From Cyanobacteria bacterium J06648_1 (GTDB lineage: Bacteria > Cyanobacteriota > Cyanobacteriia > Cyanobacteriales > Xenococcaceae): a stretch of DNA of 64,000 bases. Position 1 is the stretch's first letter, and every line of letters begins with the position of its first letter. The stretch is from contig JBCBWB010000001.1 of assembly GCA_039817275.1 (NCBI GenBank), forward strand, positions 25,344-89,343. Reading direction: 5' to 3'. The notes below the pieces were generated by a model. That model did not search any database, was not told where the DNA came from, and was given only the letters and a program-made list of their open reading frames with translations. Shown piece by piece: positions 9,181 to 18,629 of the stretch. A program made the translations under genes and the position numbers.

Positions 9181-10248
9181 CTAACTAGGGATTGGAGGGC
9201 GGTGTTTGCTTTGTCTTTCTACTGCCTCAAATAAGGCTTTAAAGTTACCCTGACCAAAGCCTTGAGCCGACTGGCGGCGCTCGATAAATTCTAAAAAGAA
9301 AGTTGGCTGCTCAAAAATGGGCTGAGTAAAAATTTGCATTAGTAAAGACTGGGGCGATCGCCGATCGCTATCTACTAAGATCTGCTGTTTTTTGACTGCT
9401 GCTTGCTCTGCCAAAGTCAAAGAAGATAGAGATTCTAGCTGCTGATAATAGGCTTGAGGAACATCAAGAAAAGTTAGACCGCCCCGCTGTAGGCGAGCAA
9501 CATCGGCGATTAAATCGGGCGATCGCAAGGCTAGATGTTGAATCCCCGAACCGTGATTGAAGTCAATAAACTCTTGAATCTGGGAATTAGCGTCAGTCGG
9601 CTGGTTGATATTGAACTGCACCTCTCCCGTGGCGTCAATTAGAGCCTGGCTGGTCAAGCCTGACTTGTCAGTTTGAATCAGAAAACTTTGCTGTACTCTC
9701 AGGTCAAATAGCTTTTGGTAGAGCTTCACTGCCGAATTTAGCTGACCCTGAGCTACATTTAAAACCACGTGGTCGATATTCGTAATTTGAGATGAAACAA
9801 GACCTTCTAGGGGAGAAGGTCGAATCTCTACAGGCAAATAAGACGATTGCTCAGGCTCATCTGTTGTCTCGATCAGAGTGTGGCGTAAATCCTGCCAGCC
9901 ATTAATTTGAGCCAGCTTGAAGTCCCCTCTGGGCGATCGCCTAGTTTGCTGCTGCTGTAGTATCTCCACTCCTAAATCTGGGGCGCGCTCTATAACTGCG
10001 GCTAGATTCTGCACCCGAAAAGCAATATCTGCTACACCCGCAGGATGACGGGCTAGATATCGCCCGACAGGACTATCCGCGGTCAGAGGAGCAGAAATCA
10101 AAAAATGAGCCGCATTGAGGCTAACTAATTCCGTATGGGTATCTTGAGTGATCCAGTTGCCAATTCCCTTAAAGCCAATCTGGTGAATAAACCAATCTCT
10201 AGTTCGTGCCGCATTTCTACAGTAGAAATGAACATGATCGATCTTCAT
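9181..10248 (-). CDS. hppD: 4-hydroxyphenylpyruvate dioxygenase
   Basis: Two VOC-type halves. The C-terminal FLEFIERR...GFGQGNFKALFEAVE motif is characteristic of HPPD. It is adjacent to gamma-TMT, as in Synechocystis slr0089/slr0090. Confidence 0.9.
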   Translation of the reverse strand: MKIDHVHFYCRNAARTRDWFIHQIGFKGIGNWITQDTHTELVSLNAAHFLISAPLTADSPVGRYLARHPAGVADIAFRVQNLAAVIERAPDLGVEILQQQQTRRSPRGDFKLAQINGWQDLRHTLIETTDEPEQSSYLPVEIRPSPLEGLVSSQITNIDHVVLNVAQGQLNSAVKLYQKLFDLRVQQSFLIQTDKSGLTSQALIDATGEVQFNINQPTDANSQIQEFIDFNHGSGIQHLALRSPDLIADVARLQRGGLTFLDVPQAYYQQLESLSSLTLAEQAAVKKQQILVDSDRRSPQSLLMQIFTQPIFEQPTFFLEFIERRQSAQGFGQGNFKALFEAVERQSKHRPPIPS

Positions 10249-10280
10249 AAAATTACTGCTGCCTATGTCCTCAAGCCTTA

Positions 10281-11138
10281 TTATTTACTGGCACAAATTA
10301 AGCCAAAACGAACCAAGCCCCTAGCATAACCGCGACTCATCAAATTGAGTGATAATGCTCCCTGAATTGTTTGCCAGCCAGCCTTAAATAAGCCCGCAAT
10401 TGCCTGGGGTGCGATCGCCGAATCAATTACTACATCCCAAAAAGGTTCAACCGCCGCCGACCAATCATCGGACTTGAGATCCTGGAAACCGCATTCCGTG
10501 GCAATTTGACGATACTCCGAAAGTGAAATCACATAGGGTAGACAGTAGACGCGATAAATTTCCTTGAGGTGAGCTACCTCGCTAGCAGTTAAGTCTCCTG
10601 CCAGAGAATCTGTTTCTCGGTGACACCAGGTAGCAAAAATCAGCTTTCCGCCTGGCTTGAGGACACGATAACATTCCCCTAAAAACTGAGCCTTATCGGG
10701 CATGTGTTCGCCACTTTCCAACGACCAGACCAAATCGAAAGTATCGTCAGCAAAGGGCATTTCTAAAGCATTTGCCACCTCAAAATCAAGGCGATCGCTC
10801 AAGCCTGCTTCGGCGGCTCTTTCCTTCGCTCTTGATGCCTGAACGGGAGAGAGGGTAATTCCTGTGGCGCTGCTGCCAAATTTCTGAGCTAAATGCAAAG
10901 TGCTGCCGCCAATGCCGCAGCCAACATCAATAATATTTTGCGGCGGATTATCTGGGGTACAGTCTGCCCACAACAAAAGTTCTTCGATTAAATCTATCTG
11001 AGCTTGTCGGCGTTCAAGCCGATAGTTGCCATTTTTGCCGTAGTAACCATGGTGCATATGTTCTCCCCAGATAGACTCCCACAGTCCACTAGATGCATCA
11101 TAAAACTGACGAATATCCTGATATAGGCTATTACTCAT
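10281..11138 (-). CDS. gamma-tocopherol methyltransferase
   Basis: YDASSGLWESIWGEHMHHGYYG...RRQAQIDLIEELL...DVGCGIGGS...SLESGEHMPDKAQFL...LKPGG.LIFATWCHR...YCLPYV is nearly collinear with my memory of Synechocystis slr0089. Confidence 0.85.
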   Translation of the reverse strand: MSNSLYQDIRQFYDASSGLWESIWGEHMHHGYYGKNGNYRLERRQAQIDLIEELLLWADCTPDNPPQNIIDVGCGIGGSTLHLAQKFGSSATGITLSPVQASRAKERAAEAGLSDRLDFEVANALEMPFADDTFDLVWSLESGEHMPDKAQFLGECYRVLKPGGKLIFATWCHRETDSLAGDLTASEVAHLKEIYRVYCLPYVISLSEYRQIATECGFQDLKSDDWSAAVEPFWDVVIDSAIAPQAIAGLFKAGWQTIQGALSLNLMSRGYARGLVRFGLICASK

Positions 11139-11315
11139 AAGAAAGAAAATAAGATAGCGATCTGATCTACGTTTACCTTAACTAAATCAGTTATTTCTCG
11201 CCGATAATCGTGCTATTTGATCAATAATCGTGAATAAATTTAATGATTTTCGAGGACATATTGCAGCAAAGGCTAAAACTTTACACTGAAACGTCGTTTA
11301 CCAGTAGCACTTTAA

Positions 11316-12476
11316 TCATCGTGGGATAGTGACTAAAATTTGCGTTCCTTTACCTGGTGCGCTATCTATATTTAGCTCACCGTTGAGCGCCTGTACTCGC
11401 TCCTGTATACCCTGAAGACCAAATCCTGAACTTATCTGCTGGCGATCAAAACCAACACCATTGTCTTGAAGCTTTAAGATAATTTGTTTCGCTGTTGAAT
11501 ATCCTTGGAAACTCACTTTTGAGGCACGGGCGTGCTTTTGCACATTAAATAATCCCTCTTTTACTACATAGTAGATTTGATGGGAGCTTAACAAAGCTAA
11601 ACTAGGTAAGCTTATCTCATACTTTACTTGGAAAGAATAGTCATTTCTAGACTGTTCGAGCAAATTGTGTAAAGCTCGATTGAGGTCAAAATTATTCCGC
11701 CTCATCGTCTGTACCGCATGGCTGACATCTTCAATACACTGAAAAGAAAGTATTGCTGCTATATCTATAGCTTCAAAAGCTTGATCCAAATCGCTATCGC
11801 GCAACTTTTGAGCAACTTTTAACTGGATATTTAAATTGGTTAACGTATGTCCCAAAGAATCGTGAATATCACGGGCAATTCTAGTTCTTTCTAAGTTTTG
11901 CGCCAAAATTTCAACCTGCTCAGTTAAAGCCTCGGCTCTTTTGCGACTTTTTTGCTCGGCAATTATTGTCGAACCAAAGAAAATTACAAAAACGCTACTT
12001 GCAATGTAAATTCCTGCTGAAAAAACAAAAATCGTGCCTAAATTGTATTTAATATACCCAAATGGTGGTTCATAACGGATTAAATTCAAATGCTCAATCT
12101 CATCAATACACTCACTAGCAACCCAGCCTATTCCTGCTAGGATTGAGAAATATATAGTATGTTTCCCTTCAACCAAGAAAAGACTTTTGGCAAGATATAG
12201 ATAAAGTAGTAAATCCAGGCTAATATCTTGAAAATTGGCAAATATGATTAGTGATAAAGCTAGTGATATATAAATCTGCCTGTATTTTAGAGAGCATTTT
12301 ATTGGTAGCGTCAAGCTAAATAAAATAGCGATCAAATAAACGAAAAAATGTAGAGTAAATTGAATATTACCACTGGCTATTGTTAGCATCAAATGAACTG
12401 ACAAAAATAACCATTCTAGGTAACGCAATCTCTTAATTAGATTAGGAGATAAATTTTCAACCGAATCTATATTCAT
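11316..12476 (-). CDS. membrane sensor histidine kinase (HisKA_3 / NarL-partner type)
   Basis: Multi-TM N-terminal half. H-box ARDIHDSLGHTLT, N-box NVQKHARAS, and G-boxes DNGVGF and GFGLQGIQERV. No response regulator lies next to it. Confidence 0.8.
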   Translation of the reverse strand: MNIDSVENLSPNLIKRLRYLEWLFLSVHLMLTIASGNIQFTLHFFVYLIAILFSLTLPIKCSLKYRQIYISLALSLIIFANFQDISLDLLLYLYLAKSLFLVEGKHTIYFSILAGIGWVASECIDEIEHLNLIRYEPPFGYIKYNLGTIFVFSAGIYIASSVFVIFFGSTIIAEQKSRKRAEALTEQVEILAQNLERTRIARDIHDSLGHTLTNLNIQLKVAQKLRDSDLDQAFEAIDIAAILSFQCIEDVSHAVQTMRRNNFDLNRALHNLLEQSRNDYSFQVKYEISLPSLALLSSHQIYYVVKEGLFNVQKHARASKVSFQGYSTAKQIILKLQDNGVGFDRQQISSGFGLQGIQERVQALNGELNIDSAPGKGTQILVTIPR

Positions 12477-12813
12477 TGACTAAAATTGATTAATTTAAAA
12501 TCGACCAGAATCGGAACTTCGATATTATAAAATATCGACGACGCTTGAAGTATGTGACCCTGGTCATGGTTTTGTCTGACTCTAGCCAATGGGAAATTTT
12601 TTTCTACAAATATGATCAATAATGTAACGACTATCGACCTATAGAATAAAATTAGCTCAATTCATCCTAGCTTGGGCTACTATCGCTGTAATCGATATTG
12701 CGCCTATTTCTTCTGCTTTACCTCAGGGGGTATTTGACCCAAACTTTCATCACTTCAAATAGCTAATACTATCAGCGGTCATCACATTATTGAGGATTCA
12801 TCTAGGACAAGTA

Positions 12814-13989
12814 ATGATGCAAATTGCCAATCTAGCTCAACTATATAAAAATACTTTATTCAACAATGTTTTGCCCTTTTGGTCGCAACATTCTCTAGAT
12901 CATCAATATGGAGGCTATTTTACCTGCCTGGATCGAGCAGGCAAGGTCTACGATACGGATAAGTTTATTTGGCTGCAAAACCGCCAAGTATGGACATACT
13001 CAATGTTCTATAATCGCCTCGAACCCGAGTCAGAATGGCTGGATATTGCCCATCATGGTGCTGATTTTCTGGCAAAACATGGTCGAGACGAAGAAGGGAA
13101 CTGGTATTTTGCCCTAAATCGAGCAGGACAGCCTTTGGTGCAGCCCTATAATATCTTTTCTGACTGTTTCGCCGCTATGGCCTTTAGTCAATATGCTCTG
13201 GCTTCGGGAAAAGATTCGGCACGGGAAATTGCCCTACAGGCTTACAACAACGTATTGCGTCGCCAAAAGAACCCCAAGGGTAAATATAACAAGACTTATC
13301 CCGGCACGCGATCGCTCAAAAGTTTAGCCGTACCGATGATCTTGGCAAACCTCTCTTTAGAAATGGACTGGCTACTGGCAAGCAGTCAGCTAGAGTCAGT
13401 CTTGGCTCAAACTGTCGAGGAAGTAATGCAGGATTTTCGCGATCAAGAGACAGGGTTGATGTACGAAAACGTAACCCCTGAAGGCGAACATCTCGATTGC
13501 TTTGATGGTCGCTTAATTAATCCTGGTCATGGCATTGAGGCGATGTGGTTCGTGATGGATATTGCTCAGCGCCAGAATGATTTGGATTTGATTAATCAGG
13601 CAGTGGATGTGGTGCTAAATATCCTAGAGTTTGGCTGGGACAAGGAATACGGCGGGATTTACTATTTTATGGATGCCCAAGGACATCCTCCGCAGCAGCT
13701 AGAGTGGGATCAAAAACTCTGGTGGGTGCATTTAGAAACTCTAGTTGCCCTGTTGATGGGTTTTAATTTGACAGGTAGGACAGAGTGTCTGGAGTGGTTT
13801 AAACAAGTGCATAACTATACCTGGACTAACTTTGCTGATTCAGAGCAGGGGGAATGGTTTGGCTATCTTAACTGTCAGGGCGAGCTATTACTAAATCTCA
13901 AGGGGGGTAAATGGAAAGGCTGTTTTCATGTGCCTCGCGCCCTGTATTTATGTTGGCAACAGCTATCTAAGTTGAAATATAGCGGGTAG
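12814..13989 (+). CDS. N-acylglucosamine 2-epimerase (AGE) family protein
   Basis: The track ORF starts at TTG 12790, and I prefer ATG 12814 (MMQIANL...). [23 protein letters not shown]..., IEAMWF and [13 protein letters not shown] are AGE/renin-binding-protein-like. Confidence 0.8.
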   Translation: MMQIANLAQLYKNTLFNNVLPFWSQHSLDHQYGGYFTCLDRAGKVYDTDKFIWLQNRQVWTYSMFYNRLEPESEWLDIAHHGADFLAKHGRDEEGNWYFALNRAGQPLVQPYNIFSDCFAAMAFSQYALASGKDSAREIALQAYNNVLRRQKNPKGKYNKTYPGTRSLKSLAVPMILANLSLEMDWLLASSQLESVLAQTVEEVMQDFRDQETGLMYENVTPEGEHLDCFDGRLINPGHGIEAMWFVMDIAQRQNDLDLINQAVDVVLNILEFGWDKEYGGIYYFMDAQGHPPQQLEWDQKLWWVHLETLVALLMGFNLTGRTECLEWFKQVHNYTWTNFADSEQGEWFGYLNCQGELLLNLKGGKWKGCFHVPRALYLCWQQLSKLKYSG

Positions 13990-14074
13990 TTTTATTGAAC
14001 ATGTCCCGTTTTTTGCCTTTGACATTATCCTGGCGATCTCACTCTCTATTATTGCGAGGCACAAACCAAAGTCA

Positions 14075-14653
14075 TTAGGCAGACCAGGGATCTTTGTTTA
14101 ATGCTTCCTGTAAGACGGTAAAGAACGATTCCTGCCAGGGATACCATAGCTTACTCATTAGTTGATGAACTTCATCTATTTTGTTCATATTGATGGGACG
14201 CATTTGATACTGCCAGTTAACGCGGGTGCGCGGACCAAAAGAAGATAGACAGAAAGTAGAAATACCCAGGTCGATCGACTCTTCAAACCAACCGCCGACA
14301 AAATCGGTGAGCATGTACTGAAAAAGGTAGGGTCTTTGGCAGTCAATAATTGTTTCGCGAATTTTAGCATCTCCCTCAAAGCTGCTGATTCTCGTAGCGC
14401 CAATCTGATTCCAGAACTCGCCGTCGATCTCATAACCCAGCATTCTTGGCGTCCGAATCGGAGAGTCATTATTGGCAGCTTCTGATCCCGACAGATTTGT
14501 TCTACCTTGTAAAAAATTAAGATCGACATCTTCTGCCACAATAAAGTCGTATACTCGCTCAATATTGTTGTCAATAGTCGCTGTCAGAGCATTTGAAACC
14601 ATGAAGCTGGTCTTACTTTCTACATGGGGCAAAATCATAATTTTTTTCTGCAT
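14075..14653 (-). CDS. hypothetical protein, possibly SRPBCC/START-like fold
   Basis: 192-aa ORF. ATIDNNIERVYDFIVAED resembles the first strand/helix of SRPBCC proteins, and there is a long C-terminal helix. The assignment is weak. Confidence 0.4.
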   Translation of the reverse strand: MQKKIMILPHVESKTSFMVSNALTATIDNNIERVYDFIVAEDVDLNFLQGRTNLSGSEAANNDSPIRTPRMLGYEIDGEFWNQIGATRISSFEGDAKIRETIIDCQRPYLFQYMLTDFVGGWFEESIDLGISTFCLSSFGPRTRVNWQYQMRPINMNKIDEVHQLMSKLWYPWQESFFTVLQEALNKDPWSA

Positions 14654-14827
14654 TTTTTTGCATTATAGTTGAAGTAATTTGTGAGTATGTTTTAATATTT
14701 TAGCAGCGATCGCCTTTTTTAATCGCTTCTGGCAAGATCAACAACGGTCAAAATTATTTCTCTGGAGGTTAGCGATTTCAACTAAGATAACGATCTAGGC
14801 TTCGCCGTCCCAGCAGACAGATTACCC

Positions 14828-15352
14828 ATGAACCAACCACAGCCAGAAATAGATGAAGAACTGCTATTACAGCAGGATATTGTCGAAGGTCGTCCCTATT
14901 CTCTAGCAGAGGCAATCGGTCGAGAAGGCGGTACTTTTCTCAAGGGAGAATCTACTGTCCCCAAGCTGGTGCAGGTCATCACCCAGATCAATACTTTTAT
15001 TGATCGCAATTTAAAAGATCCCCCAGCGGCGCTGCAAGCAATACTCCATCAATGGGTAAAAGGCGATCCCAGAGTCAGTCAGTATAAGGAAACTCCTTTA
15101 GTCGCTCTGGCAGAGATTCTACAGACTATTTTAGATAACCCGAATCTACTGTATGAGCTGGTGCGGCAGGTAGATATCAAGTGGGGACAAATGTATGGTG
15201 AGCGTCCCCACTTTCAGCAGCCAGGAGAGCCGCCTCACCCCGACGATGAGTATACCCATGAGTCAGTCAGACAAAACATTTTGGATTTGCAGACCGATTT
15301 ACAGGTAAGTATGCAGCTTGAATTGCGATCGCTAAAGTTATCCAATCCATAA
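14828..15352 (+). CDS. conserved hypothetical protein
   Basis: 174-aa ATG ORF with no competing frame. I recognise no domain. Confidence 0.5.
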   Translation: MNQPQPEIDEELLLQQDIVEGRPYSLAEAIGREGGTFLKGESTVPKLVQVITQINTFIDRNLKDPPAALQAILHQWVKGDPRVSQYKETPLVALAEILQTILDNPNLLYELVRQVDIKWGQMYGERPHFQQPGEPPHPDDEYTHESVRQNILDLQTDLQVSMQLELRSLKLSNP

Positions 15353-15368
15353 TCTTGGTTGCTGGTGA

Positions 15369-17783
15369 TTATGCTTCAAAATGAGGATAAATCTCTTCTT
15401 CGAATAGCTGACGAACAGGGTCTTCTATGGCGGGTTGACATTTAATCAATTCTTCTACTAATTCTTCGTGGTCTTGGCGCACATCATAAGCTAAACGTCG
15501 CTCGGGAGACTTGACCTCTGACATCCAGGTAGTGTGGAAAGAGAAGCCGATATTTAGCTTGGGATGACTAAGTTTATATAGAGGTCCCTGGTTTAAGGCT
15601 TGAGCATCGAAGACCCAAATCTCGCTATTTTGCGACCAGTCAGGATCGTTATCGGCTTCGGTCGGCTGGGCTAAAAAGCGATCGCCAGTCAGGACAGCAC
15701 ATACTATATAACCGTCGGTTTGGTCTTCGCTACCAGGACGCGGAATAAACTGCGATGAAGTACCCAAACAGCGTTTATCAAACTGGTAAAAATTGTCCTC
15801 ATTGAGTTCGATTTGAGTCCCCTGACCAGGATCGGATGTGATTTTTAGATGACATATGCTTGAAGGTATACCCTCATAAGTTAAATCAATTACTTTTTGC
15901 AAATCGACCAATCGCCCAGGATAATCCTGGTATGCCTCAATCGCTCTGGTGGTTAAGGTATCGGGCCAAGCCCCCCAGCTATTCCAGAAGATATCGGTTA
16001 GTCGTCTGGTGGGTCGGTGGTCGGGATAGATATAAAACGCTGTAGACCAGGTAAGTAGATATTTCGGATCGATCTGATTTCGGGGGTCTAAATTGTGGTC
16101 TGCCAGCTGCTGATTGATCTCCCAGCGGTTTGTTTCATCAGGAAATAGCCGCTGTTCGATTACCTTACCCTGTTTGGCATCAATTACAAGGCGACCCAAT
16201 CGGCTAATATCCAAAGGTCCAACTACATTGCCAGCAAGTTTTTGTAAACGATAGGTTAATTCTGGGTCGTTATAAATATCTCCCAGTTCATCGGCATCGC
16301 GGTCACCATAAGCAGAGCGGTCATAAATATGGATGTATTCAGCAATATCGGCGGCGGCTAAATGAGAAGCATGGAGCACGATTTGATCTTGATCGTTATC
16401 GTAATCTAGGAGGTAGTGGGAAAATTCGGGCTGAATTTCTACTTTCCGAGCGACAACCTTGGGTAAATGTTTAAACTCAGTGCGATCAAACAGATTCGTG
16501 ATTCTGGTCAGCAGGCTAGTGCTTTCTCGAGCTAAGTCTGCCTTACTAACAATATATAGATTAGTGCTAGGGAACTGAGGATAATTGAGAAAATCCGTAA
16601 TAAAGATAACAAAGGAACTAAGCAAGGAGCTTCTTTGAAAAGGAATCGCGTTTTCTAGGGAAAACTTGAAAGATGTTTCGGCAAATACAATATAGTCTTG
16701 AGTAATGCCCATTTGATGGACAGTCTGCCCAATGCGTAAGGGACGATTATAGGGCAAAACAATATTCCATTTTTTGCCGATTTCTACCTGTTCACCATCC
16801 CATTCCACTAGATGAACAAAATCGTGACCTCCAACGAAAAACTTGAAAACGCTAATTAAGACCTCAAATACGGAAATCGCGACCTTGAGCGCCAACAAAA
16901 TTACCGAATAGAGCAGAACCAGAATATTATTAAAATCTTGGGTAACTCGGAAATCGCGATCGCCAAAAAGTTTGCCCATCAGAGATTTGAACGCCTTGCT
17001 ATTTTCGGCTTCCCTTACTTCAACTGAGCGCTTGAAAGACAGCATCGTCGAGAAGGACTTGCCGACGTTGAGAGTATATAGTTTCTCGGCATCATAATCG
17101 AAGACAGGGTGAGCCGAAGCCATGATACTTTTGAAAGGAACTGGCTGCTGTGCTGGTAATAAATTTGACCAGCTCTCATTTTGTCCTACGGGGGTTAACG
17201 TCTCTAAAGTCTCAGGATCTATTTCGTAGGGGCGACCAACATCCCAAGTAACTAGTAAACGTTCACTGGCATCGTCCTTGAGCTTAAAGGGAACAAACGC
17301 CGTATTTAGCTGGTTTCGGATACCCAGCTGATTAAATGAGCCACGGGTAATGCCCAGATTATGAAACTTTAGTCTGCCGTAGCGATCGCTATTGGCGGGA
17401 TCTGCCGTGGCGCGATCAGCGAAAAAACAGGGCGGCTTAACCAAGCGGGTTTTCAATCGCGCCTTGCCCTCAGCGAAGTCCAGGCGGTAAATTAGACCAT
17501 CACCGTTATAAAGAGCTGTCCAGCCGTCTTTACTAACCCAGACTGTCTGCGGATCTCCATCTACCTGAGCCGAATCAGTTGAACCAACAGGACCAATCAT
17601 AAAATAGTGACCCGTAAGAGCTTCTGGCAGGGTAGTGATATTGCCCGCCGCATCACGAACCGTCAATTCAATTGGCTGAATAAATTCTTCTCGGCTAACT
17701 GCCACAACGGTTTGCGGAAATCTCGATGGTGGTATGGGTTCATCTCGTGCTGTAGTTGCAGTTTCTAGAGGCAGATTATTCAT
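15369..17783 (-). CDS. carotenoid cleavage oxygenase (RPE65/CCD) family protein, atypically long (804 aa)
   Basis: Family anchors seen by eye: GHYFMIGPVG...NGDGLIY, NTAFVPF...ERLLVTWDVGRPYEIDPETLET, ASAHPVFD, VHQMGITQDYIVFAETS, FIPRPGSEDQTDGYIVCAV, EIWVFDAQAL and GFSFHTTW. Confidence 0.75.
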   Translation of the reverse strand: MNNLPLETATTARDEPIPPSRFPQTVVAVSREEFIQPIELTVRDAAGNITTLPEALTGHYFMIGPVGSTDSAQVDGDPQTVWVSKDGWTALYNGDGLIYRLDFAEGKARLKTRLVKPPCFFADRATADPANSDRYGRLKFHNLGITRGSFNQLGIRNQLNTAFVPFKLKDDASERLLVTWDVGRPYEIDPETLETLTPVGQNESWSNLLPAQQPVPFKSIMASAHPVFDYDAEKLYTLNVGKSFSTMLSFKRSVEVREAENSKAFKSLMGKLFGDRDFRVTQDFNNILVLLYSVILLALKVAISVFEVLISVFKFFVGGHDFVHLVEWDGEQVEIGKKWNIVLPYNRPLRIGQTVHQMGITQDYIVFAETSFKFSLENAIPFQRSSLLSSFVIFITDFLNYPQFPSTNLYIVSKADLARESTSLLTRITNLFDRTEFKHLPKVVARKVEIQPEFSHYLLDYDNDQDQIVLHASHLAAADIAEYIHIYDRSAYGDRDADELGDIYNDPELTYRLQKLAGNVVGPLDISRLGRLVIDAKQGKVIEQRLFPDETNRWEINQQLADHNLDPRNQIDPKYLLTWSTAFYIYPDHRPTRRLTDIFWNSWGAWPDTLTTRAIEAYQDYPGRLVDLQKVIDLTYEGIPSSICHLKITSDPGQGTQIELNEDNFYQFDKRCLGTSSQFIPRPGSEDQTDGYIVCAVLTGDRFLAQPTEADNDPDWSQNSEIWVFDAQALNQGPLYKLSHPKLNIGFSFHTTWMSEVKSPERRLAYDVRQDHEELVEELIKCQPAIEDPVRQLFEEEIYPHFEA

Positions 17784-18027
17784 GAGTGCAGTAAATAAGA
17801 ATCAAGTTTTACGTTTAAATACAACAGTCTTATCGCTTAACTAGGGAAGAACCATGATGGGTTATGCAAAAATGTTTTTTTTGTTGTAAAAGTTAATGTT
17901 ACTGAGCAAACAGCATGATGGATTAAAACTAGAGGTGACCAACTGTCCTAGCCCTCAGCCCTAGTTTCTGTTCCCGTAGCTGGAAAATCTAGAACTGAAA
18001 ATTGCTATCAAAGAAAATCATTGCCAA

Positions 18028-18507
18028 TTAACTAGCTGGTGCTGGAGCAACATCCTCAGCTTTTTTGCTGTCTGGAGAGCTACCATCATCGTCATTTTTA
18101 TCAAAGATAGCGGCGGTGATGATGTGAGACAGCAAACCAACAGGTCCAAAGAAGAGACACAAAATCAAGGAATGAGCCGTCCATATTTGCTTTGATTGCC
18201 CCTGCCAGTAAATCCATCTGCCGACAAAGAGATCCATTGCTAGGAAATGCGTCCATCCTGCTCCTGCTGCGCCCTCAATCGCAAAGAAGTTGGCAATATC
18301 ACTGAGCTGCGGATTAGCCAAAGTAGCAGCCGCTTCGGGATCGACAGTAAAGATTAAATAATAAAGATAGATGCCGATGAGAGGCACGACAAAAAAGTAA
18401 GAATTCATCACTTTTTTGGTAAAGTTCCGATTTGGCAACAGAATCATAATTAGCCAAAAGGGTAAGATATAGGCATTAGCAAGATTGAATAGTAAAGCAG
18501 AAGACAT
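18028..18507 (-). CDS. DUF4281 (ABA4-like) integral membrane protein
   Basis: LFNLANAYILPFWLIMILLPN...VMNSY...PLIGIYLYYLI matches the ABA4-like/DUF4281 N-terminal pattern. There are about 4 hydrophobic segments. Confidence 0.7.
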   Translation of the reverse strand: MSSALLFNLANAYILPFWLIMILLPNRNFTKKVMNSYFFVVPLIGIYLYYLIFTVDPEAAATLANPQLSDIANFFAIEGAAGAGWTHFLAMDLFVGRWIYWQGQSKQIWTAHSLILCLFFGPVGLLSHIITAAIFDKNDDDGSSPDSKKAEDVAPAPAS

Positions 18508-18629
18508 AATTTTTGGCAGTAGAACTAAGAATTTGTCTGTATTATGGCAAAATTCTAGAGATCTCGATGTCTGTCTGTCTTCCCGCTGCTAAGCTAAACG
18601 TGGTGTTGGAGTTGCGAGCGCCAAGGAAG

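Noticed and set aside
14185-14574. 129-aa ORF in another minus-strand frame inside 14075-14653.
   Set aside because: It is completely nested in the longer ORF and has a less protein-like composition. I kept only the longer frame, and even that at modest confidence.
18513-18629. TTG-initiated 39-codon N-terminal extension of the TpsA-like ORF.
   Set aside because: The extension is not signal-peptide-like and begins 6 nt from the divergent DUF4281 gene. ATG 18630 gives a canonical signal peptide directly followed by the TPS domain.
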